Below are positions 1 to 12,219 of a stretch of DNA of 29,573 nucleotides, one piece after another. Position 1 is the stretch's first letter, and each line of letters opens with the position of its first letter. Origin of the DNA: Octopus sinensis (lineage: Eukaryota); assembly GCF_006345805.1 (NCBI RefSeq), contig NW_021832890.1, forward strand, positions 1-29,573. The letters are read 5' to 3'. The notes beneath the pieces are model-generated. The model had not been told where the DNA came from, did not search any database, and saw only the letters and a list, made by a program, of their open reading frames with translations. The position numbers and the translations under genes were made by a program.

Positions 1-43
<43 letters not shown>

Positions 44-148
44 GCACACACACTTCTACACACACACACACACACAAGCACACACACTTCTACACACACA
101 CGCACACACACACACACACACAAGCACACACACTTCTACACACACGCA

Positions 149-179
<31 letters not shown>

Positions 180-229
180 AGCACACACACTTTACACACA
201 CACACACAACACACACAAGCACACACACT

Positions 230-261
<32 letters not shown>

Positions 262-426
262 ACACAAGCACACACACTTCTACACACCACACACACACAC
301 AACACACACACACACACAAGCACACACACTTCTACACACACACAACACACACACACAAGCACACACACACTTCTACACACACACACACACACAACACACA
401 CACCAAGCACACACACTTCTACACAC

Positions 427-457
<31 letters not shown>

Positions 458-468
458 GCACACACACT

Positions 469-500
<32 letters not shown>

Positions 501-512
501 AGCACACACACT

Positions 513-561
<49 letters not shown>

Positions 562-580
562 ACACTTCTACACACACACA
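1..580. repeat. (CA)n array punctuated by about 12 copies of AAGCACACACACTTCTA (higher-order microsatellite)
   Basis: The 17-mer or a close variant recurs at about 42, 76, 122, 179, 217, 265, 318, 357, 404, 455, 500 and 554, separated by variable (CA)n. Confidence 0.95.
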
Positions 581-899
581 GACAAATGAGCCGCATATAA
601 TAAACATATTTTTCAAAACCAACAATAATAACATAAGCCAAGAATAAAAGGCTAAGAAGCGAGAACAACGAAGAAAACAGACGAGAAATGAGCGAAACTT
701 TTCAGCGCGGGGCGAATATTTAATAACAAATTTGTTATCTTTTTGAATGTTTTATTCAAGAGTTAAACAGTTCAGTGATATTTACAGACGTGAATGGACA
801 CAAGTGTCACCTAAGTTCTTGACCTTTGCTTCTCGCCGTTCTTCACCTTGATTCTAGCCGAATACTTCGTATTGCAAACACATTTATGTGATTATTAGT

Positions 900-1222
900 G
901 TGTATCTGTGTGTGTGTGTGTGTGTGTGTGTACGAGTGGGGGAGGGGCATTCCACATACACACATGCATACATATATTGGTATGTCTTCGTGTGTGTATA
1001 CATATATACGCATACATATGAATATATGTATATATCTATATATGTATATATACATTACATATGTATGTGTGTGTATGTACATATATCTATCATTTACCAT
1101 GTATATGTATATATGTATATATATATATATGTATGTATATAATATATATGTATGCATATATGTATATATAATATATATGTATATAATGTATATATCTATA
1201 TATGCATATATATATATATATG

Positions 1223-1319
<97 letters not shown>

Positions 1320-1341
1320 ATATATATATATATATACATAT

Positions 1342-1377
<36 letters not shown>

Positions 1378-1973
1378 GTACATGTACGTTTATATGTATG
1401 TATGCATTGTATTTTACAAATACAATGTGCAAATATGTAATACATACAAACACGCGCGCACACATATATACACTCACGCATACATAGGCACACCCTCGTT
1501 TATACATGTATGTATATATGTATCAAGTATGTGTATATACATATATGTGAGTGTGTACACATAGGCGCACGCATTACCTACATTATGTATATATCATATC
1601 ATATAACTATACATAAATACACATACACCTGCACCTCCGGATATGTAAGTGTATGTATGTATGTATATATATATATGTATAACATCTACACACACGCTCG
1701 CGCGCGTACGCACGTGCACATACATACACAAGTAAATATAATTGCACACACGTTCGCAGTCACATACATTTAATTATATATAATCAGACAACAATTCCAC
1801 GTAATTATACAAATTTATGAATTTACAAATACATACATATGTGTATGCGTATGTACATATGCATCCATACGTACACACATGTGTATACATGCGTTAAAAT
1901 ACACATACGCGTGTATACATACATATAAATAAATATATATATATATATTATATATATATATATATATATGTAT

Positions 1974-2017
<44 letters not shown>

Positions 2018-2090
2018 GTATATATATATGTATATATGTGTGTGTGTGTGTGTCGATGTATATTAACCATAAATACATGTATATGTATGT
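900..2090. repeat. Compound (TG)n/(TA)n/(TATG)n microsatellite tract
   Basis: Directly visible dinucleotide and tetranucleotide runs. Confidence 0.95.
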
Positions 2091-2729
2091 GTGTCTAGCG
2101 CAGTACGTGTGTATACGTATGTAGGCACGTACGTATACAAGCAGACAACTGTTTTAGAGGAAAATTGAAGAAAACCCCCCTGTAAATGTAAAAGTGCTGG
2201 AGAGGTCGCATTTATTAAAAACCTCCTCATTCACTGAAAGAAAGAGCACTCTCTTAAAAACCTCTTGCACTGGTGTCTTATGGGATACTTCAGTTACTTG
2301 ACATATGGCGGATTACGGCGCCAAATAAGTGCTTTACTTTACACGTGACCTATGGTAAGTACAGATAGAGTACGATGTAGTGGCGTGGAAAGTAAGCCGT
2401 CATAATGGCGTTGACGTTGTTGTTGTTGGTGGTGTTGGTGGTGGTGGTGGCGGGGGTCCTAGTCGCGGCTGTGATCGGTCTGGTTGTTCGGTTGATCGGC
2501 CAAGAATGATACTGTTGGCGAGTGTCTGTCTGACTGGTTGGCTGGCCGATTGGCTGGTGGCTGGTTTGCTGGTTGGTTGAATGGTAAATAACGGCAAGGG
2601 AATATGTGTGTGTATACACACACACCCACATATATAAAATTTTACTTGGGATTGCATGAGTCATGTTCAATTAAATAAATAAATAGATAAATAAAAAAAT
2701 AAAAAAAATATATATATATATGTATATAT

Positions 2730-2810
<81 letters not shown>

Positions 2811-2926
2811 ATATATATACTTTTGACAAATGGTGCAAGCCCCACCCTGAGGCTTTAGCTGAAAGAGAAAATGTAACGATTCTTTGAAACACTTTAGTAC
2901 CGCATAAAAAAAAAAAAAAGACATAG

Positions 2927-3170
2927 CACTTCATATAGAAAAACATGTCTGATCTCGCGACACGCACTTCCGAAAATCCATTGCATAGTTAGCACCCTTC
3001 CGTCTATCTCTACAATTTCCCCAGGGCTGCAAGTCTGAACTGATTTGCGAAGCAGGTCTTCCGCACATATTTCACGAACACAATTGCTGTAATCAACAGC
3101 TGTGCAGTTGCAAGCAGACTATACCTTGGATTTTTATTCAATGGAAACAAGCACCAATATATCTGTGGCC
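2927..3170 (-). mobile_element. Merlin/IS1016 (IS1595-family) DDE transposase relic
   Basis: Minus-strand translation TAVDYSNCVREICAEDLLRKSVQTCSPGEIVEIDGRVLTMQWIFGSACREIRHVFLYEV matches the Merlin pattern DW.NFCREVC...GGPG.IVEIDE...GR....WVFGG.CRE...FL. There are upstream stops and no TIRs were found. Confidence 0.75.
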
Positions 3171-3683
3171 TTCGATTAGCTAAAATCCCCTAAAATTTTC
3201 AAAGTTTAAAAGCTATTTACTTATTATTTACTAATTTACGGCAAAAATGGATTTCATTTGCGTAATTAGCATGCAAAATTACATCAGGATCCCAAATCTG
3301 AAACCAACTAGGACAAAATTAAAGTAATTGAAAAGTGTGAGCCACACAAAAAGGACACTATATATACACACGAAACGATAGATATGTACTTAAAACCTTA
3401 TATGTAAACAATGAAATCGCATCTATAATAGGATACATGTTTAAGAGGAAACAACGCGTAAAGTTGTGCGCATGGCTGTAAATGGACAGACACGTGTCTA
3501 TACAAATTGGTAGATTACAGTAAATATATACATATCAATCTATTCCCCCATTTCAATCTTTAAGCTTGTGGATATGGATGCATTTGTATATATATATATG
3601 CATATACATATATACATACAAATGAAGATATACACATATATGGACACAGGCAATTTTACATGCAAATACAGACGCACATATAA

Positions 3684-3729
<46 letters not shown>

Positions 3730-4373
3730 ATATGTGGGGAAAATAAGTTCGAAACAGAACATCAAACTTTTTGTGAGGTCCAGAAAGAGAGCAAAAAAGA
3801 TTTCTAATAAAGATTCATCATATTAAAAAAAAAACACACAAAAAAAAAACAGACCAAGTAATAAGAATATGAAAATAGCTGTTGAAAAATATCGTTACAG
3901 GTATAAAAATACCATAAACAATTATAGAAAATGGCGTCAGTTGTTGGCTGTTTTTCTATTCTCGTATTTCGAGCATTTAACAACAATATACGCTTTCGAC
4001 AAAAAAAGTTGCTCCCGCAAATTTGGTATTTTGCAGAGGGTCAAATTTGGTAACGTAAACAGGAGAGTGAAAACAAACAGGAAAGGCTGTTAATCCTAAG
4101 CGTGGTTGTGGTGACGAACGCGAAGATCAAGCTTGGACAGGAGACAGACAAGAACGCGTCTTCCTTGATCCAGCTACAATGGAGAGAAAGAAACACAAGT
4201 TACGAAAAGAAAGAAAGATGGCCGATGGTCAGATGGAAGCCACGTGAGCAAGGGAGGAGGAGAGAGAGAGAGAGAGAGAGAGAATGACAGAGTAATAGAA
4301 TAGAATAATGAGAAAAGAAAAGGTAAAAGAATAAGACAGAGTAAGAGAGTATATATATATATATGTATGTATA

Positions 4374-5192
4374 CAGGGGTTGGACAAAATAATGGAAACA
4401 CCTAGCATCATAGCATCATAATTTTGAAATATCTATAAAAATGTCAAAAGCTTGTTTATTTTAATGTTTTTTTGGTTTATTATTAGTGTTGCTTAATATG
4501 TTTTGCTAAAATTGCTGTTTTTGTTTTTCAGATATCTTCAGAAAGAGGTAATTAAGGTTCATTAAAATGACAGATCTATCGGACTTTCAAAGAGGTCAAA
4601 TTGTTGGTGCTCGTATGGCAGGTGCTAGCGTAACGAAAACAGCGGAAATGTTTTGTGTATCAAGAAGTACAGTCTCGAAAGAAATACCAGCCTTTGAGAA
4701 AGAGGGAAAAACCTCCTCATCGAAACAAAACTTTCAGATAGGGACCGTCGGACTCTTACGCAAATTGTTAGAAAGGAACACTACTCCCTAAATTACTGCA
4801 GAGCTTAATGACCACCTCGAGAATTCAGTTTCCAGAAAAACTGTTCGCCAGAAGCTGCACAAAGCTGGATTTCACAAGAGGGGCTGCAATCAGAAAACCA
4901 CTACTTTCAAAAACAAACGTTGCACAGCGTTTTGAGTGGAGTAAAAACCTACAGAGGAAGAATGTTATTTTCTCGGAAGGGTCATCCCTTACCTTATTTC
5001 TGACCACCGGCCGAGTATACGTGTAGACCAGCCAAAAGAAGCATTTGACCCAGACTGTCTTCTTCGAACTCTTAAACGTGAAGGTGGATCTGTGATGATC
5101 GGGGGGGGTGGGGCTATATCTTGGAAATCCGCCGGCCCAATGATTTCCCTTCATGGCAGAATTAATAGTCAAGACTATTTAAGCATTTTATC
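4374..5192 (+). mobile_element. Tc1-like (DD34E-type) transposon, 5' half, 3'-truncated and decayed
   Basis: TA followed by left TIR CAGGGGTTGGACAAAATAATGGAAACACC. Frameshifted transposase from 4567: paired-like HTH MTDLSDFQRGQIVGARMAGASVTKTAE..., then ITAELNDHL, RKPLLSK, KNVIFSE (first catalytic D altered), GGSVMI.G and ISWKSAGP. No right TIR was seen. Confidence 0.9.
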
Positions 5193-5899
5193 CCGTTCAG
5201 GGGGAATGTTGTGATCTCGTTACACCAAGGAAGCAGGGTTGCCAGCCCTATGAGTCCTAGCACATCTGAGTCCTAGCACTTACGCTAGTACGTTACATTT
5301 TTTACATCAGCATGCACAAACATATACTTAAGTGCATCCAATATGTTTCTTTCCACATGAAAACATTAGATTTTTCTAGTTTATACCAATAATTCAACCA
5401 GCTTTGCAATCTCTGCCCCTTGTGCAGAGTTCTGTAAATCCTTAAAAAACACCCAAAAGTTACATTTATAAATAGTTTTGCTTATGGATTACAATGAATA
5501 GAAATTAACTACTAATTTTTTTTATTCGAAGAAAAGTTAGCAGGTAAAATTTATGTATATTTTAAACGATTCAATCTTGTAGGGAGCTGACGGGAACATA
5601 AATCTATTTAATGACATGGCGTCAAAAACTAAAATATTTTAGGTACACAATCAATGCCCGGATTCTCTGTAACTGCATTTTTGAAAACTGAGAGAACGGA
5701 ACGCTTATACATACAAACATGTGTGTGTATGTGTGTGTGTGTGTGTGTGTATGCATGCGCGCACGCGTGTAAATATGTATTTTTTAAATTCTTTTACTCT
5801 ATTACTTATTTCAGTTATTTGACTACAGCCATGATGATATATACATACATACATACATATATGTATATATATATATGTATTTATGCATATTTATGTATA

Positions 5900-5946
<47 letters not shown>

Positions 5947-5965
5947 TTATGCATATTTATGTATA

Positions 5966-6474
5966 TCTATATATATAAAACTCTAGTTGTGTGAGTGTCT
6001 GTCCCCTTCGATTTAGATTCCTAACTCCTCCCACATTTTGCGGTGCAGTTTAACCAAATTCGGGTATCTTATAGTCGTGATTCATATCGAGCCCGTCTGA
6101 CTATTAGCGCGCGTCTACGATGAGTCTACGATTTTAAAAATAATTTAACATCATTTTTTATTCCATTTTAATGCATAAAATGCATCGTATGTCGATGGCG
6201 GCGGAGTTGGCGTCCACGCTCACAGCTGCACCTGTTTGCTTCTCCCCCTTCTTCCCTCCCTCGTGAAGCTGTGAGGAAGGGAGTGTAAAGAAATCAACGT
6301 CGTAATGCGTTGTGAAGGAAACCAGCGTTCTTTTAGAACAACGACTTCGTGGCTTGAAGACACCAAAACAAAAATGGCTAAGAAAGCCCGAATTTATAAG
6401 GGAAGTAACTCTCTAAAAATGCTTATATAGTTATTTCCCTTACAAACCCGAGCAACGCCGGGCGATACTGCTAG
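5966..6474 (+). mobile_element. Non-autonomous Helitron, copy 1
   Basis: 5' TCTATATATATAAAA, subterminal hairpin CCCG-AGCAACGC-CGGG (6447-6462), 3' CTAG, inserted between A and T. A near-identical copy lies at 21997-22513. Confidence 0.9.
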
Positions 6475-6475
6475 T

Positions 6476-6588
6476 AATATATATATATGTATATTATATA
6501 CATATATATATATATACACGCACACAATATAGGATTATATATATACACACACATATATTTATATATACACATACATATATATATAAAT

Positions 6589-6646
<58 letters not shown>

Positions 6647-6805
6647 GTATATGCACATACATATATGTGTGTGTGTCTATGTAGTATGTATAATAAGGTG
6701 TGAGTGCGACTGCTACAGGCTGTGTTTGCGCTGCATATGGTACAATATACGCTATTAGTACAGTATATGTGTCTTCGTGCAAGAAACACACGCACACACA
6801 CACAC

Positions 6806-6865
<60 letters not shown>

Positions 6866-6905
6866 GCACACGCGCACACACACACACTCACACACAAGTA
6901 TATAT
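6476..6905. repeat. Compound (TA)n/(CA)n microsatellites
   Basis: Directly visible. Confidence 0.9.
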
Positions 6906-7460
6906 GTGTTTGTGTCTTTGTGTCTGAGTATAAAAGAAGGAAACGTCGTGAAAGATATACCACGGAAATGATATCCTGTTTGAAAAGGAATACCATCTAT
7001 TCACTATCGTATCGGTTTTTTTTTCCTCAGGTCAGTATATTGATTTTGTTTTTCACTAACGCACACACACACACACACACACACACACCACACACACACA
7101 CACACACAACCATAGATACATATATAACATTATACATTGAAAGTAACGTACATAACAGCGTAACATGTCATTAGATGAGGTTCTCTGACCCACCCAAGTA
7201 AAATACACGTTTTCAAATGCAGCTTTGAAGTGCGTACAGGGACACACCCACTTTCACAAGTCACTCAACAATGCTACATCTTTCGTTCTTTCCTTTCTTT
7301 CATTCATTCTTCCTTTCTTGCTTTCCTTCTTTCTTTCCTTCTTTCTTTTCTCTTTATATCTTATTTATTTTCGTATGTTTTCCTTCCATTCTGATTGTTT
7401 TTATATTTTTGTCTTTTGCTTTGATTCTTTTTTTTTCCGCTTTCTCTCTCCTTATGTACC

Positions 7461-7497
<37 letters not shown>

Positions 7498-7558
7498 ACA
7501 CACACACTCACACACACTCACACACCTGTTCTATTATAATCTTTTAACGGTTAACTGT

Positions 7559-7646
7559 AGCCATACTGGGGCACTGCCTTTGAATGGCTTTCGACGAAGG
7601 TATCGACTCCACTACGTTCTTCAGGCTTGTACTTATTTTATTGATC
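7559..7646 (-). mobile_element. Degenerate 3' fragment of the CORE-type tRNA SINE family
   Basis: GCCATACTGGGGCACTGCCTT...ATCGACTCCA...GTACTTATT aligns with GCCATGCTGGAGCACCGCCTT...TCGACCCC...GTACTT at 22797-22868. Confidence 0.6.
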
Positions 7647-7795
7647 GATAGTCATCGAATCATTAAGCAAGAATTCGACACTAACAGACTCAACGCTGGT
7701 TTACGCCGGTAAACTTAAAAACAGATACCGACAGGGATACATTAACGTACAAACCCAAAACAATAAGCTATATAAAGGTATACATACATACATAT

Positions 7796-7868
<73 letters not shown>

Positions 7869-7937
7869 CCGGAGTAAACGGCAACGGGAAACTCAGAGTA
7901 ACAGGTTTTGTTGAATTTTCTGCTGCTTTAAATAAAG

Positions 7938-7976
<39 letters not shown>

Positions 7977-8039
7977 ATGTGGTGGTTGTCTACTCCTTAT
8001 GTAAAGTTTGAATTATGGAATGATGATGCATTACTCCAT

Positions 8040-9826
8040 CACTGGGATTCAAGCAACAACCAAAAGTATCGCATATACAAATCGTCAAGCTGCTTGATGT
8101 GCTTTCGGCAATGGGTTCAAGATTTAGCACCATAAAGCAATGATGTCAAAACCACCGGCTTGTATACATGGACTTTCGCCTTCAACGATACGTCGTGGCT
8201 GTTTCAAAGCTTATGTTAAAGCTTACCGAAAGTGAAACTAGCCTTCCCGGTTCTGGACTCGATTTCTTTACACATCTGAACATCACTGGACACAATGGAA
8301 TCAAGATAAATGAAGAAGGAAACAGTTTTTAATGCTTTTCCGTCAGTATATACAGTAGAGGCAAGAGTGGAAGGATGGTCACGGATGGGCTGATGGACAA
8401 GCTCAGTTTTCTTGATGTTGATGGTCAGACCAAAAGCCTTTGATGCACGCAAGAAGTTGTTTAGAATCCATTGCATGTCCTCAAGAGTGTGTGCTACCAG
8501 TGCATAATAATCTGCGAAGAATAAATGTCGAACTGTTTGCACCAAATCTTAGTTTTTGCTTTGAAGCACTTTTGGTTGAACAAGTCACCACCGGTCCTGT
8601 ACTCAACCTTTACTCCTTCTCTAACATCTTCGAACACTGTTTCCAACATGACAGGGAAAAACAAAGCGAATAAGAACTGTGCAAGAGCACATCCTTGTTT
8701 TATCCCATTTCATACAGTGAATGAATCGGACTCTTACCCGCCAGATCTAACGGAAGCCATCATTCTTTGATGGAAAGATGTTGGCATTGAGCGTCATTTC
8801 GAGAACACTTAGCTTTCTAAGAACAACCCAAAGACCATCCCATCCCAAGACACAGTGTTGAAAGCTTTAGTTAGATCTACAAAACTGATCCAATGCTCTC
8901 GGTTGTGCTCACTAGCTTTTTTCTACAGTTGCCTCGGGCTGAAAATCATATTCACTGTGCCTCTACCAGCCCGAAAGCCACACTGAAATTCAGGCAACAA
9001 TAAGCTGTCAAGGGCATCATTTAGTCTGTTTAAGATAACGCTTCCAAGGATCTTCCCAGCAACACACAAAAGAGAGATAACCTCTATGGTTGTCACATTC
9101 TCATTTACTGCCTTTGTGCTTATAAAGACGGACAACAGAAGCGTCTTTAAACTCCTGTGGGACTGATCCTGATTCCCAGATTAAGGAGAAGAGTTCACGT
9201 AATTTGTTCAACAGGAGACTGTTACCACATTTATATATCTTGGCTGGTATACCATCGCTACCAGATAACTTTCCATTCGTGAGTTGTTTTTTTTATGGAT
9301 TTTATTTTTACCTTGGCATTTGATGGAGCAACTGACAATATTTCCAGGAGAATCCTCTGCGGTAGGTTGCTGATCAGTTCTTCATCAACAATTTAGTCCC
9401 TATTCAGAACATTTCAAAAATGCTCTGCCCAGTGCCTCGCCTCCTCGTTTTGGTTGTCAAAAGAATACCCTCAGTTGAAAGTATGGAAGTTGAGCCACCA
9501 GACACAGGTCCAAACATCTTGAAATTCCGATAGAATATCTTGCAGTCACATCTATCTATAGCATCCTGCAACTCTTCTGCCTTATTTCGCCACCATATCT
9601 GCTTCATTTGCCTCAGTTGAGATTGGAATGTATTTCTGTTTTTTTTTAGCTCGTTACGTTTTGTGGCATTAGCTTTGATTAACATATATTGACGGTAGCA
9701 CTTGTGCACATTGTTCAAAAGAGAAGAGATGTCTGGATCATTTGAGTCGAACCAATCTTGATGCTTCCTCTTAACATACCCGAGTGTTTCACAAGATGAC
9801 TTAAATACAGCATTTTTTAAAGTATT
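8040..9826 (-). mobile_element. RTE-clade LINE ORF2 relic (post-endonuclease linker, RT, post-RT region)
   Basis: Minus-strand pieces KRKHQDWFD, GSDGIPAKIYK, ISLLCVAGKIL, QCGFRAGRGT, FVDLTKAF, GIKQGCAL, LFFADY (FADD decayed), GLTINIKKT and SLLYGA, with stops and frameshifts. Confidence 0.9.
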
Positions 9827-10225
9827 TTCTTTTATTCTATCAGTTGCCAGGCTGCCAACGTACTTGTAACCGCTGTCTTCAATGTCCCTCACGTCACTTC
9901 CGTCTGGTAGTTCTATCCCTTCAGTTTTCACTACCTTTCCTCTTTGAAGTATTAAAACTCCACATTTCTTTATCTCGAACTCCATTCCGATGTTCTCATT
10001 GAACAAGCGTAGTTTGGTCAATGAGTCTAACAGCTCCTGAAAAATTCCCCTCTTGATTGTGACTTCTCCAAGCACTTTACCATCTCTTCTGTGATGCTAA
10101 CCTCGCCTTGACTCTACCTGTTGACTCTTGTTTCAATTCATTAAGCCATCTGCATCCAATGTATGTGCCTTTCTACTACTCCACAAGTCGCTCCAAAAAT
10201 CTCGTCTTTTCCTCTGCATTCAGGA
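9827..10225 (-). mobile_element. R4/Dong-clade LINE RT fragment with two large internal deletions
   Basis: Frameshifted NAEE..RFWSDLWS...ITEEMVK is joined to LGEVTIKRGIFQ, then directly to ELLDSL...GMEFEIKKCGVL...GYKYVG. The GDSLSP and YMDD blocks are absent. Confidence 0.8.
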
Positions 10226-10226
10226 T

Positions 10227-10261
10227 CATAATAATAATAATAATATATAATAATAATAATT

Positions 10262-10322
<61 letters not shown>

Positions 10323-10332
10323 CAACAACAAT
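10227..10332. repeat. (AAT)n/(AAC)n microsatellite
   Basis: Directly visible. Confidence 0.95.
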
Positions 10333-10339
10333 AAAAGTC

Positions 10340-10950
10340 ACCCCACCAGAAATTACCAAAAACACAATGAAAAGAAACATAACAAGTAACTGCAGAATAT
10401 GTAGAGATGGATAAGAAACAATAAATCGTATGGTCTCTGGCTGCCCAGTCCTGGCTAAGAAGGAATATATTCACATACACGATAGAGTTGGAACCTACAT
10501 ACACTGGAAGCTATGCCAATACTATGGAATAGCAACAGAAAAAAGATGGTATAAGCACACGCTAGAAAAGGTCACAGAAAACGAGAAAGCAACCATATAA
10601 TGGGATATGCTAATACACACAGATAGAGAAATTAAGGCCAATACACCAAATATAGTTGTCAGATGTATCAATACCAGCAGATCACAACGTTTCTCTAAAA
10701 GAAATGGAGAAACCTTCAAAATACAAAGATCTGGAAATAGAGGTAACTCAAATGTGGAATCTAAAATCAGAAACAATTCCTATGATAGTGGGCGCATCAG
10801 GTATGATAAAAAATATTCAGACAAATACACAACAAAAACACCAGGACTAACAAATATACATAACATACAGAAAATAGCACTACTAGGCACTACACACATC
10901 CTATGTAAAACACTTTCAATACAGTAACCATAAGAGCATCACAGCAATCA
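10340..10950 (+). mobile_element. R4/Dong-clade LINE 3' fragment (CCHC knuckle plus restriction-like endonuclease)
   Basis: PTRNYQK...CRICRDG*ETINRMVSGCPVLAKKEY..HDRVG..HWKLC...WDM.IHTDREIKANTPNI...DVSIPAD...KYKDL...PMIVGA.G...ALLGTTHIL. Stop at 10925-10927, followed by an AAT/AAC tract. Confidence 0.9.
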
Positions 10951-10979
10951 TAATAACAACAACAACAATAATAATATTA

Positions 10980-11535
10980 AATGCCGTGATGCAGTACCAG
11001 ACAGTGGCTCTCATGCTTCTTGATCTTAACTGAGTGGAGATGTTATTATGTACATATTTTGTCTTGGTATAAAAGATGGGCCATAGCAATTATTCTACTC
11101 ATTACCACCGATTCAGTTGTCTGACCTTAGCCAGTTGAGCATGTCTCTTGGTAGCTGACGATATGTGCATCTCTGATCACGGGCAGAAGTATGTCGGGGA
11201 CCATCCTAGCCATGTGTTGAGAGGAATTGTTTGGGGTTTGAATAATTCACCTCTGGAAACATGGGTATTTCGTTCTTCATCTTTAAACAACTCTCATCCA
11301 GGGACCTTTTGAGCGGGATGGGCTACCTGACCTGAAGAAAATTCTAACTGGGCCATACCTGCAAGGTCATGCACTGTTTATCTTGATATGAAAGAACCAC
11401 GTTGCGCACATGTGTTTGTGACGCATGTGTCTGGTGTACCCTTATTAAACAGGTAGTCATGATGGGTATATTGGGCTTCGTTTAGTTGTACCCCAGTGTC
11501 ACTTTGGTGGGATTCACTGTTCTGTCGCTCAATAA
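10980..11535. mobile_element. Putative ~555-bp non-coding interspersed repeat bounded by AAT/AAC triplet tracts
   Basis: Complex non-coding block between triplet runs. It resembles a recurrent octopod repeat from memory only, and there is no second copy in this window. Confidence 0.35.
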
Positions 11536-11542
11536 TGATAGC

Positions 11543-11754
11543 TTCAAATTTTGGCACATAGCCAGTAGGATCAGGGGAGTAGAATACTCGATAGCATCGA
11601 CCTCAGTGTTCATCTGGTACTCATTTCATCGAACCCAAAATGGCTGAAACGGAAAGTCGACATCAGCTGAATTTGAACTCAGAATGTAAAACACGGAAGA
11701 AAATACCGCTAAGCATTTTTCCCGGTGCGCTAATGATTCTGCCAGCTGGTCGCC
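11543..11754 (-). mobile_element. tRNA-derived SINE, family 2, diverged copy
   Basis: Minus strand GGCG..CTGGCAGAATC (A-box-like) ... GAGTTCAAATTC (B-box) ... GTCGACTTT. Homologous to 15313-15684 and 19015-19150. Confidence 0.85.
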
Positions 11755-11756
11755 TT

Positions 11757-11807
<51 letters not shown>

Positions 11808-11960
11808 AATAGTAACAACAACAACAATAATAATATCATCATCATCGTCTTCATCATCGTTGTCGCTGTTATTGTTGTTGTTGTTTTTGCGGTTCCTCTT
11901 CTTCTTCTTGTACATGTCTCTGTTTAGCACATGGTTGTTGTTGTTGTTGCTGTTGCTGTC
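11757..11960. repeat. (AAC)n/(AAT)n/(ATC)n/(GTT)n triplet tract
   Basis: Directly visible. Confidence 0.9.
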
Positions 11961-12129
11961 ATGAGACAAAACTTGGATCTCATTCCAGCTGTCAACTTCT
12001 TTTAACTGAGGTTCGAAGTGAAAGTTTAAATGTAGCATATGTGAAAGACACCAGAAACAAAGAGGAAGACGATTGCCACAGCTGGGGCACATTATACAAT
12101 CACAATATCACCGCCGCAGTTATTCCCAT

Positions 12130-12178
12130 ATATAGCATGTATGTATATATGCATATATATACATATACATATATATTT

Positions 12179-12219
<41 letters not shown>

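Noticed and set aside
1-580. CRISPR-like repeat-spacer appearance
   Set aside because: Spacers are plain (CA)n, the repeat is 17 bp and CA-derived, no cas genes are present and the context is eukaryotic.
56-2078. Many ORFs rich in CV, YI and HT dipeptides here and throughout the window
   Set aside because: They are translations of (TG)n/(TA)n/(CA)n microsatellites with no protein signal.
3256-3279. Paired octamer-like words ATTTGCGT ... ATGCAAAA
   Set aside because: Imperfect motifs in AT-rich DNA next to a transposon relic, expected by chance.
5234-5280. CAGGGTTGCCAG (hAT-like terminus) followed by a duplicated TGAGTCCTAGCAC
   Set aside because: No matching opposite TIR or TSD was found in the window.
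9827-10950. Twin-priming inversion of a single R4/Dong element around the (AAT)n array
   Set aside because: The geometry is divergent, but the two pieces are separated by a long missing region and a microsatellite and appear to come from different subfamilies. Independent insertions are simpler.
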